DNA of 64,000 nt from positions 183,520,001 to 183,584,000 of the forward strand of contig OZ024743.1 in NCBI GenBank assembly GCA_964016885.1. Direction: 5' to 3'. Below, in pieces: positions 1-12,700 of the stretch. The notes below the pieces were generated by a model. It was not told the DNA's origin, ran no database searches, and worked only from the letters and a program-made list of their open reading frames with translations. The position numbers and the translations under genes are program-made. The stretch comes from Eledone cirrhosa (Eukaryota). The first letter of the stretch is position 1. Each line of letters begins with the position of its first letter.

Positions 1-3000
1 TAAAAACAGATGTGACACATCACAACCTTGTTAACATACCTACAAAGTACAGTAAAAACAGATGTGACACATCACAACCTTGCTCACATTCCTACAAAGT
101 ACAGTAAAAACAGATGTGACACATCAAAACCTTGCTCACATTCCTACAAAGAACAGTGAAAACAGATGTGACACATCACAACCATGCTCACATTCCTACA
201 AAGTACAGTAAAAACAGATGTGACACATCACAACCTTGTTAACATAGCTACAAAGTACAGTAAAAACAGATGTGACACATCACAACCTTGTTAACATACC
301 TACAAAGTACAGTAAAAACATATGTGACACATCACAACCTTGCTCACATTCCTACAAAGTACAGTAAAAACAGATGTGACACATCACAACCTTGCTCACA
401 TTCCTACAAAGTAGAGTAAAAACAGATGTGACACATCACAACCTTGCTAACATACCTACAAAGTACAGTAAAAACAGATGTATGTGACACAACACTACCA
501 AGGTAACATACCTACAAAGTACAGTAAAAACAGATGTGACACATCACAACCTTGCTAACACACCTACAAAGTACACTAAAACAGATGTGACACATCACAA
601 CCTTGCTCATATTCCTACAAAGTAAAGTAAAAACAGATGTGACACATCACAACCTTGTTAAGATACCTACAAAATACAGTAAAAACAGATGTGACACATC
701 ACAACCTTGTTAACATAACTACAAAGTACAGTAAAAACAGATGTGACACATCACAACCTTCCTCCTATTCCTACAAAATACAGTAAAAACAGATGTGACA
801 CATCACAACCTTGCTAACATACGTACAAAGTACAGTAAAAACAGATGTGACACATCACAACCTTGTTAACATAGCTACAAAGTACAGTAAAAACAGATGT
901 GACACATCACAACCGTGTTAACATAGCTACAAAGTACAGTAAAAACAGATGTGACACATCACAACCTTGTTAACATACCTACAAAGTACAGTAAAAACAG
1001 ATGTGACACATCACAACCTTGCTCACATTCCTACAAAGTACAGTAAAAACAGATGTGACACATCACAACCTTGCTCACATTCCTACAAAGTACAGTAAAA
1101 ACAGATGTGACACATCACAACCTTGCTCACATTCCTACAAAGTACAGTAAAAACAGATGTGACACATCACCACCGTGTTCACATTCCTACAAAGTACAGT
1201 AAAAACAGATGTGACACATCACAACCTTGTTAACATTCCCACAAAGTACAGTAAAAACAGATGTGACACATCACCACCGTGCTCACGTTCCTACAAAGTA
1301 CAGTAAAAACAGATGTGACACATCACAACCTTGCTAACATACCAACAAAGTACACCAAAAACAGATGTGACACATCACAACCTAGCTCATATTCCTACAA
1401 AGTACAGTAAAAACAGATGTGACACATCACAACCTTGCTAACATACCTACAAAGTACAGTAAAAACAGATGTATGTGACACAACACTACCAAGGTAACAT
1501 ACCTACAAAGTACAGTAAAAACAGATGTGACACATCACAACCTTGCTAACATACCTACAAAGTACACTAAAACAGATGTGACACATCACAACCTTGCTCA
1601 TATTCCTACAAAGTAAAGTAAAAACAGATGTGACACATCACAACCTTGTTAAGATACCTACAAAATACAGTAAAAACAGATGTGACACATCACAACCTTG
1701 TTAACATAACTACAAAGTACAGTAAAAACAGATGTGACACATCACAACCTTCCTCCTATTCCTACAAAATACAGTAAAAACAGATGTGACACATCACAAC
1801 CTTGCTAACATACGTACAAAGTACAGTAAAAACAGATGTGACACATCACAACCTTGCTCACATTCCTACAAAGTACAGTAAAATCAGATGTGACACATCA
1901 CAACCTTGCTCACATTCCTACAAAGTACAGTAAAAACAGATGTGACACATCACAACCTTGCTCACATTCCTACAAAGTACAGTAAAAACAGATGTGACAC
2001 ATCACCACCGTGTTCACATTCCTACAAAGTACAGTAAAAACAGATGTGACACATCACAACCTTGTTAACATACCTACAAAGTACAGTAAAAACAGATGTG
2101 ACACATCACTACAATGCTCACATTCCTACAAAGTACAGTAAAAACAGATGTGACACATCACAACGTTGTTAACATACCTACAAAGTACAGTAAAAACAGA
2201 TGTGACACATCACAACCTTCCTCCTATTCCTACAAAGTACAGTGAAAACAGATGTGACACATCACAACCTTCCTCCTATTCCTACAAAGTACAGTGAAAA
2301 CAGATGTGACACATCACAACCTTGTTAACATACCTACAAAGTACAGTAAAAACAGATGTGACACATCACAACCTTCCTCCTATTCCTACAAAGTACAGTG
2401 AAAACAGATGTGACACATCACAACCTTGTTAACATACCTACAAAGTACAGTAAAAACAGATGTGACACATCACCACCGTGTTCACATTCCTACAAAGTAC
2501 AGTAAAAACAGATGAGACACATCACAACCTTGTTAACATACCTACAAAGTACAGTAAAAACAGATGTGACACATCACAACCTTGCTCACATTCCTACAAA
2601 GTACAGTAAAAACAGATGTGACACATCACAACCTTGCTCACATTCCTACAAAGTACAGTAAAAACAGATGTGGCACATCACAACCTTGTTAACATACCTA
2701 CAAAGTACAGTAAAAACAGATGTGACAAATCACAACCTTGTTAACATACCTACAAAGTACAGTAAACACAGATGTGACACATCACAACCTTGCTAACATA
2801 CCTACAAAGTACAGTAAAAACAGATGTGACAAATCACAACCTTGTTAACATACCTACAAAGTACAGTAAAAACAGATGTGACACATCACAACCTTACTAA
2901 CATACGTACAAAGTACAGTAATAACAGATGTGACACATCACAACCTTGTTAACATACCTACAAAGTACAGTAAAATCAAATGTGACACATCGCAACCTTG

Positions 3001-6000
3001 TTAACATAACTACAAAGTACAGTAAAAACAGATGTGACACATCACAACCTTCTTCCTATTCCTACAAAGTACAGTAAAAACAGATGTGACACATCACAAC
3101 CTTGCTAACATACCTACAAAGTACAGTAAAAACAGATGTGACACATCACAACCTTGCTCATATTCCTACAAAGTAAAGTAAAAACAGATGTAACACATCA
3201 CAACCTTGCTCATATTCCTACAAAGTACAGTAAAAACAGATGTGACACATCACAACTTTGCTCATATTCCTACAAAGTACAGTAAAAACAGATGTGACAC
3301 ATCACAACCATGCTCACATTCCTACAAAGTACAGTAAAAACAGATGTGACACATCACAACTTTGTTAACATACCTACAAAGTACAGTAAAAACAGATGTG
3401 ACACATCACTACAATGCTCACATTCCTACAAAGTACAGTAAAAACATATGTGACACATCACAACCTTGTTAACATAGCTACAAAGTACAGTAAAAACAGA
3501 TGTGACACATCACAACCATACTCACATTCCTACAAAGTACAATAAAAACAGATGTGACACATCACAACCTTAACATACCTACAAAGTACAGTAAAAACAG
3601 ATGTGACACATCACAACCTTGTTAACATAGCTACAAAGTACAGTAAAAACAGATGTGACACATCACAACCTTGTTAACATAGCTACAAAGTACAGTAAAA
3701 ACAGATGTGACACATCACAACCATGCTCACATTCCTACAAAGTACAGTAAAAACAGATGTGACACATCACAACCTTCCTCCTATTCCTACAAAGTACAGT
3801 AAAAACAGATGTGACACATCACAACCATGCTCACATTCCAACAAAGTACAATAAAAACAGATGTGACACATCACAACCTTGTTAACATACCTACAAAGTA
3901 CAGTAAAAACAGATGTGACACATCACAACCTTGTTAACATACCTACAAAGTACAGTAAAAACAGATGTGACACATCACAACTTTGTTAACATAGCTACAA
4001 AGTACAGTAAAAACAGATGTGACACATCACAACCTTGTTAACATACCTACAAAGTACAGTAAAACAGATGTGACACATCGCAACCTTGCTCACATTCCTA
4101 CAAAGTACAGTGAAAACAGATGTGACACATCACAACCATGCTTACATTCCTACAAAGTACAGTAAAAACAGATGTGACACATCACAACCTTGTTAACATA
4201 GCTACAAAGTACAGTAAAACAGATGTGACACATCACAACCTTGTTAACATACCTACAAAGTACAGTAAAAACAGATGTGACACATCACAACCTTGCTCAC
4301 TTTCCTACAAAGTACAGTAAAAACAGATGTGACACATCACAACCTTGCTCACATTCCTACAAAGTACAGTAAAAACAGATGTGACACATCACAACCTTGC
4401 TCACATTCCTACAAAGTACAGTGAACACAGATGTGACACATCACAACCATGCTCACATTCCTACAAAGTACAGTAAAAACAGATGTGACACATCACAACC
4501 TTGTTAACATACCTACAAAGTACAGTAAAAACAGATGTGACACATCACAACCTTGTTAACATAGCTACAAAGTACAGTAAAAACAGATGTGACACATCAC
4601 AACCTTGTTAACATAGCTACAAAGTACAGTAAAAACAGATGTGACACATCACAACCTTGTTAACATAACTACAAAGTACAGTAAAAACAGATGTGACACA
4701 TCACAACCTTGCTCACATTCCTACAAAGTACAGTAAAAATAGATGTGACACATCAAAACCTTGCTCACATTCCTACAAAGTACAGTGAAAACAGATGTGA
4801 CACATCACAACCATGCTCACATTCCTACAAAGTACAGTAAAAACAGATGTGACACATCACAACCTTGTTAACATAGCTACAAAGTACAGTAAAACAGATG
4901 TGACACATCACAACCTTGTTAACATACCTACAAAGTACAGTAAAAACAGATGTGACACATCACAACCTTGCTCACATTCCTACAAAGTACAGTAAAAACA
5001 GATGTGACACATCACAACCTTGCTCACATTCCTACAAAGTACAGTAAAAACAGATGTGACACATCACAACCTTGCTCACATTCCTACAAAGTACAGTGAA
5101 CACAGATGTGACACATCACAACCATCCTCACATTCCTACAAAGTACAGTAAAAACAGATGTGACACATCACAACCTTGTTAACATACCTACAAAGTACAG
5201 TAAAAACAGATGTGACACATCACAACCTTGTTAACATACCTACAAAGTACAGCAAAAACAGATGTGACACATCACAACCTTGTTAACATAGCTACAAAGT
5301 ACAGTAAAAACAGATGTGACACATCACAACCTTGTTAACATAACTACAAAGTACAGTAAAAACAGATGTGACACATCACAACCTTGTTAACATACCTACA
5401 AAGTACAGTAAAAACAGATGTGACACATCACAACCTTGCTCACATTCCTACAAAGTACAGTAAAAATAGATGTGACACATCAAAACCTTGCTCACATTCC
5501 TACAAAGTACAGTGAAAACAGATGTGACACATCACAACCATGCTCACATTCCTACAAAGTACAGTAAAAACAGATGTGACACATCACAACCTTGTTAACA
5601 TAGCTACAAAGTACAGTAAAAACAGATGTGACACATCACAACCTTGTTAACATACCTACAAAGTACAGTAAAAACAGATGTGACACATCACAACCTTGCT
5701 CACATTCCTACAAAGTACAGTAAAAACAGATGTGACACATCACAACCTTGCTCACATTCCTACAAAGTACAGTAAAAACAGATGTGACATCACAACTTTG
5801 CTCACATTCCTAGAAAGTACAGTAAAAACAGATGTGACACGTCACAAGCTTGTTAACATACCTACAAAGTACAGTAAAAGCAGATGTGACACATCACCAC
5901 CGTGCTCACATTCCTACAAAGTACAGTAAAAACAGATGTGACACATCACAACCTTGCTCACATTCCTACAAAGTACAGTAAAAACAGATGTGGCACATCA

Positions 6001-9000
6001 CAACCTTCCTCCTATTCCTACAAAGTACAGTAAAAACAGATGTGACACATCACAACCTTGCTAACATACCTACAAAGTACAGTAAAAACAAATGTGACAC
6101 ATCACAACCGTCCTCTTATTCCTACAAAGTACAGTAAAAACAGATGTGACACATCACAACCTTGCTAACATACCTACAAAGTACAGTAAAAACAAATGTG
6201 ACACATCACAATCTTCCTCCTATTCCTACAAAGTACAGTAAAAACAGATGTGACACATCACAACCTTGCTAACATACCTACAAAGTACAGTAAAAACAAA
6301 TGTGACACATCACAACCTTCCTCTTATTCCTACAAAGTACAGTAAAAACAGATGTGACACATCACAACCTTGCTAACATACCAACAAAGTACACCAAAAA
6401 CCGATGTGACACATCACAACCTTGTTAACATACCTACGAAGTACAGTAAAAACAGATGTATGTGACACAACACAACCATGGTAACATAGCTACAAAGTAC
6501 AGTAAAAACAGATGTATGTGACACATCACAACCTTGATAACATACCTACAAAGTACAGTAAAAACAGATGTATGTGACACATCACAATCGTGCTAACATA
6601 CCTACAAAGTACAGTAAAAACAGATGTGACACATCACAACCTAGCTAACATACCTACAGAGTACAGTAAAAACAGATGTATGTGACACAACACAACCGTG
6701 GTAACATAGCTACAAAGTACAGTAAAAACAGATGTGACACATCACAACCTTGTTAACATACCTACCAAGTACATTAAAAACAGATGTGACACATCACAAC
6801 CTTGTTAACATACCTACAAAGTACAGTAAAACAGATGTGACACATCACAAACTTGTTAACATAGCTACAAAGTACAGTAAAAACAGATGTGACACATCAC
6901 CACCGTGCTAACATACCAACAAAATACACCAAAAACAGATGTGACACATCACAACCTAGCTCATATTCCTACAAAGTACAGTAAAACAGATGTGACACAT
7001 CACAACCTTGCTAACATACCTACAAAGTACAGTAAAAACAGATGTATGTGACACAACACAACCATGGTAACATAGCTACAAAGTACAGTAAAAACAGATG
7101 TGACACATCACAACCTTGATAACATACCTACAAAGTACAGTAAAACAGATGTATGTGAAACATCACAACCGTGCTAACATACCTACAAGGTACAGTAAAA
7201 ACAGATGTGACACATCACAACCGAGCTTACATACCTACAAAGTACAGTAAAAACAGATGTGACACATCACAACCATGCTCACATTCCTACAAAGTACAGT
7301 AAAAACAGATGTGACACATCACAACCTTGTTAACATAGCTACAAAGTACAGTAAAAGTAGATGTGACACATCACAACCGTGCACACGTTCCTATAAAGTA
7401 CAATAAAAACAGATGTAACATATCACAACCTTGTTAACATACCTACAAAGTACAGTAAAAACAGATGTGACACATCACCACCGTGCTCACATTCCTACAA
7501 AGTACAGTAAAAACAGATGTGACACATCACAACCTTGCTAACATACCTACAAAGTACACTAAAAACAGATGTGACACATCACAACCTTGCTCATATTCCT
7601 ACAAAGTACAGTAAAAACAGATGTGACACATCACAACCTTGCTAACAGACCTACATAGTACAGTAAAAACAGATGTGGCACATCACAACCTTGCTAACAT
7701 ACCTACAAAGTACAGTAAAAACAGATGTGACACATCACAACCTTGTTAACATACCTACAAAGTACAGTAAGAACAGATGTGACACATCACCACTGTGCTC
7801 ACATTCCTACAAAGTACAGTAAAAACAGATGTGACACATAACAACCTTGCTAACATACCTACAAAGTACACTAAAACAGATGTGACACATCACAACCTTG
7901 CTCACATACCTACAAAGTACAGTAAAAACAGATGTGGCACATCACAACCTTGCTCATATTCCTACAAAGTACAGTAAAAACAGATGTGGCACATCACAAC
8001 CTTGCTCATATTCCTACAAAGTACAGTAAAAACAGATGTGGCACATCACAACCTTGTTAACATAGCTACAAAGTACAGTAAAAACAGATGTGACACATCA
8101 CAACCTTGTTAACATAGCTACAAAGTACAGTAAAAACAGATGTGACACATCACAACCTTGCTCACATACCTACAAAGTACAGTAAAAACAGATGTGGCAC
8201 ACCACAACCTTGCTAACATACCTACAAAGTACAGTAAAAACAGATGACACATTACAACGTAGCTCATATTCCTACAAAGTACAGTAAAAACAGATGTGAC
8301 ACATCACAACCTTGTTAACATAGCTACAAAGTACAGTAAAACAGATGTGACACATCACAACCTTGCTAACATACCTACAAAGTACAGTAAAAACAGATGT
8401 ATGTGACACATCACAATCGTGCTAACATACCTACAAAGTACAGTTAAAACAGATGTGACACATCACAACCATGCTTACATACCTACAAAGTACAGTAAAA
8501 ACAGATGTGACACATCACAACCTTGCTCACATTCCTACAAAGTACAGTAAAAACAGATGTGACACATCACAACCGTGCTCACATTCCTATAAAGTACAAT
8601 AAAAACAGATGTGACACATCACAACCGTGCTAACATACCTACAAAGTACAGTAAAAACAGATGGGACACATCACCACCGTGCTCACATTCCTACAAAGTA
8701 CAGTAAAAACAGATGTGGCACATCACAACCTTGTTAACATACCTACAAAGTACAGTAAACACAGATCTGACACATCACAACCTTGCTAACATACCTACAA
8801 AGTACAGTAAAAACAGATGTGACAAATCACAACCTTGTTAACATACCTACAAAGTACAGTAAAAACAGATGTGGCACATCACAACCTTGTTAACATACCT
8901 ACAAAGTACAGTAAAAACAGATGTGACAAATCACAACCTTGTTAACATACCTACAAAGTACAGTAAACACAGATGTGACACATCACAACCTTGCTAACAT

Positions 9001-9674
9001 ACCTACAAAGTACAGTAAAAACAGATGTGACAAATCACAACCTTGTTAACATACCTACAAACTACAGTAAAAACAGATGTGGCACATCACAACCTTGTTA
9101 ACATACCTACAAAGTACAGTAAAAACAGATGTGACAAATCACAACCTTGTTAACATACCGACAAAGTACAGTAAACACAGATGTGACACATCACAACCTT
9201 GCTAACATACCTACAAAGTACAGTAAAAACAGATGTGACAGATCACAACCTTGATAACATACCTACAAAGTACAGTAAAAACAGATGTATGTGACACATC
9301 ACCACCGTGCTCACATTCCTACAAAGTACAGTAAAAACAGATGTGACAAATCACAACCTTGTTAACATACCTACAAAGTACACTAAAAACAGATGTGACA
9401 CATCACAACCTTGTTAACATACCTACAAAGTACAGTAAACACAGATGTGACACATCACAACCTTGCTAACATACCTACAAAGTACAGTAAAAACAGATGT
9501 ATGTGACAAATCACAACCTTGTTAACATACCTACAAAGTACAGTAAACACAGATGTGACACATCACCACCGTGCTAACATACCTACAAAGTACACTAAAA
9601 ACAGATGTGACACATCACAACCTTGCTAACATACCTACAAAGTACAATAAAAACAGATGTAACACATCACAAAC
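1..9674. repeat. 52-bp tandem satellite (~186 copies, continues past the left window edge) inside ASH2L intron 10
   Basis: Unit TAAAAACAGATGTGACACATCACAACCTTGTTAACATACCTACAAAGTACAG recurs with period 52 (starts at 1, 53, ...). Variation is concentrated in a 13-nt block (e.g. CTTGTTAACATAC, CTTGCTCACATTC, CTTCCTCCTATTC, CTTGCTAACATAC). Confidence 0.98.
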
Positions 9675-9750
9675 CTTTTCTTTTGTTTTGTCCCAGTTTG
9701 CTGTGTACCATCCAGAGGTGCTTTCCTTTTGTTGCCACGGCCTTTTGAAG
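9675..9750 (-). CDS. ASH2L: ASH2L coding exon 10 (TSKGRGNKRKAPLDGTQQTGTKQKK, NLS-like)
   Basis: Acceptor tttataaacag, donor gtttgt; phase 1 to 2; resembles human [21 protein letters not shown]. Confidence 0.9.
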
Positions 9751-12700
9751 CTGTTTATAAACAGACAGAATCATGTTTAACGTGAGTAAAAAGACAGAAT
9801 TATGTTTGATGTGGGTTAATAGATATAGATATATTGATGTGGGTTAATAGATATAGATATGTTGATGTGGGTTAATAGATATAGATATGTTGATGTGGGT
9901 TAATAGATATAGATATGTTGATGTGGGTTAATAGATATAGATATGTTGATGTAGGTTAATAGATATAGATATGTTGATGTAGGTGAATAGATATAGATAT
10001 GTTGATGTGGGTTAATAGATATAGATATGTTGATGTGGGTTAATAGATATAGATATGTTGATGTGGGTTAATAGATATAGGTATGTTGATGTGGGTTAAT
10101 AGATATAGATATGTTGATGTGGGTTAATAGATATAGATATGTTGATGTGGGTTAATAGATATAGATATATTGATGTGGGTTAATAGATATAGATATGTTG
10201 ATGTGGGTTAATAGATATAGATATGTTGATGTGGGTTAATAAATATAGATATGTTGAAGTGGAGGCCAATGGCCTAGTGGTTAGAGCATTGGCCTTGCAA
10301 TGAGATCAATTCTCAGACCGGGTGATGTGTTGTTTCCTTGAGCAAGACACTTTATTTCACATTGCTCCAGTTTACTCTGCTGTAGAAATGAGATGATAGG
10401 GAGAGGGGTCCCTATCATTCTACTGCAAAGTGGTCGTGGAGGTGCCACGGCAAAAAAGCACCCAGCACTCACTGTAAATGAGGTTGGTGTTAGGAAGGGC
10501 ATCCGGCTGTAGAAATCAAGCCAGAATATAGGTATGTTGATGTGGGTTAATAAATATAGATATATTGATGTGCGTTAATAGATATAAATATATTGATGTT
10601 GGTTAATAGACAATAGACATGTGTTGATGTGGGTTAATATAGATATGTTGATGTGGTTTAATAGATATAGATATATTGATGTGGTTTAATAGATATAGAT
10701 ATATTGATGTGAAGAGTTTCATAGGAAAGATGCCACAAACTTTAAGAATGCCTTAATTGTAAAATAAATAGTTGAACACCAACTTTCTCAAGTTTATCCG
10801 AGCAGGAGTATTTAGATCTGTCAGTTGGAGAAGTTGTTTTTACAGCTGGATGCATTTCCTACTAACATTCAACCATAAAGTACGAATCTGGTTATTTTTT
10901 TATAATTCACACGAACTGGAGGCGGTAGAGTTATGTACCTTGTTAACTAACAGACATCACACATTAGCTGTTACAGGATGAAATGAATTTTATAAAATTA
11001 TTTCAGCATGTATGTCTTCTCACACCTCTGATCCACTTCTCTCAGAACATTGGCAAACCACTTACTTTCAACTTTCCTCCAATCTATGTAAGCCTAATGT
11101 CCATCTTCTCTTATAGCTCCATAATAGTCTTTTCTGTCCCATTTCTACTGGTCTTTCTAAGTCTGTCTTTTAGCTAGTATGCTTCAATCTACATTACTAT
11201 TTACTGACAAGGCCACCTTTTGTCTGGCTAGTACTTTGCTCTTAGTGGCTTGCAACAGACTGTATTGAAGAAACTTCCAGTTTTCCTGTCATAGATATCT
11301 ATCTCAACATCATCATCATTATATGCAACACATATGATGTCTTTGAACAGAAGGGTGTTTTTAGTTTCCAAACCCTCCTTCAGATTGTCTTGTGTCTCTC
11401 AGTCCATCTAGATCTAACTCTAACACCACTAGTAACTAGTCTATGCTAAGTGGTGTATATTTCTCCAGAAAAAGGCTTTAGTATTCACAGCCATCCGTTT
11501 ATACCATTTTCTGATGGGTATGAAATCAATCTGGCTTGTGTGTTCACCTGATTCGTAGGTGATAAAATGGCTGGTTTTCTCTAGTTAGTGTTACAAATGG
11601 TGAGGTCTTCATAGAAATGATTCTTTCGTTCATCTGTTGGTACTAATTGTGGTATATAGGAGGAGTAAACAGTTGTTATTGCATCATCTTCCATGTTAAC
11701 TTTGCCTTTCATTCTTTTGGGGTTGATAAAAAAAAAAATACTAGTCTAGTACTGGGGTCGATTCTTCCTCTATATCTTTTTCTCGCTCCCACTCTCTCTA
11801 TCCTTCTCTGGAGGAAATCTGTTGTACTCAGGCCTGGAGAGGGATGGGCTCTGCTAGGTTTTAAATGCACAAGAAATGCTGTATGAGCATTCAATACGAC
11901 TCCCTCAGGAGTTACGGGACCATACTATACCATACCATTACATCATCTATGACCAGTCTACGTGTGTTAATTCAGTTGGATGGCTCGACTACCTCAAATA
12001 CTTCACCCCTGTAAAGCTGCTGTGAAGACAACAACGTCTAATAGAGAAGTAACTTTACTGAGAAATATTGTATATAATATCAGGAGAGAAGTAACTTTAC
12101 TGAGAAATATTTTATGTAATATCAGGAGAGAAGTAACTTTATTTCTGAGAAATCTTATAATATTAGGAGAGGAGGGTATTTTCTGTTTTGTCAAAACAAA
12201 TATTTTACAATGACATGCAACTACTGAACATATTATTGGTAATGACGTGGGGGTATAATTATTGATTAGATTGATTGACCTAATCTTTTATTGGCTTTGA
12301 GAGGTGTAAAACACAGATACACATAAACATATATACATACATACAGAGGCTGTAAAACACACTCACATATATACATACAGAGGCTGTAAAACTCACACAC
12401 ATATATACATACATACAGAGGCTGTAAAACTCACACACATATACATAGATTGTAAAAATCAGATACATCTGCACACACACACAAACACAATATCACCACA
12501 CACATAAACACAGTATACAACACACACACGCAAGGACACAGTAGACACTATACACACACACACATAAGGACACAGTATATACCACACGCACACACATATA
12601 TATATAGGACACAGCATATACCATACATAAACACTGTATACACCACACACAAAGGACACAGTATACACCACACACAAAAACATAAGGACACAGTCTTCAA

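Noticed and set aside
1-9674. CRISPR-like array (constant palindromic repeat plus variable spacer)
   Set aside because: The variable blocks are only 13 nt, are related to each other and recur many times; there are no cas genes; the context is a eukaryotic intron.
1-9674. Bacterial CRP-like site TGTGA...TCACA and short ORFs (4138, 4813, 5696, 7795, 9571)
   Set aside because: The spacer is 4 nt rather than 6, the host is eukaryotic, and the ORFs are by-products of a 52-nt period.
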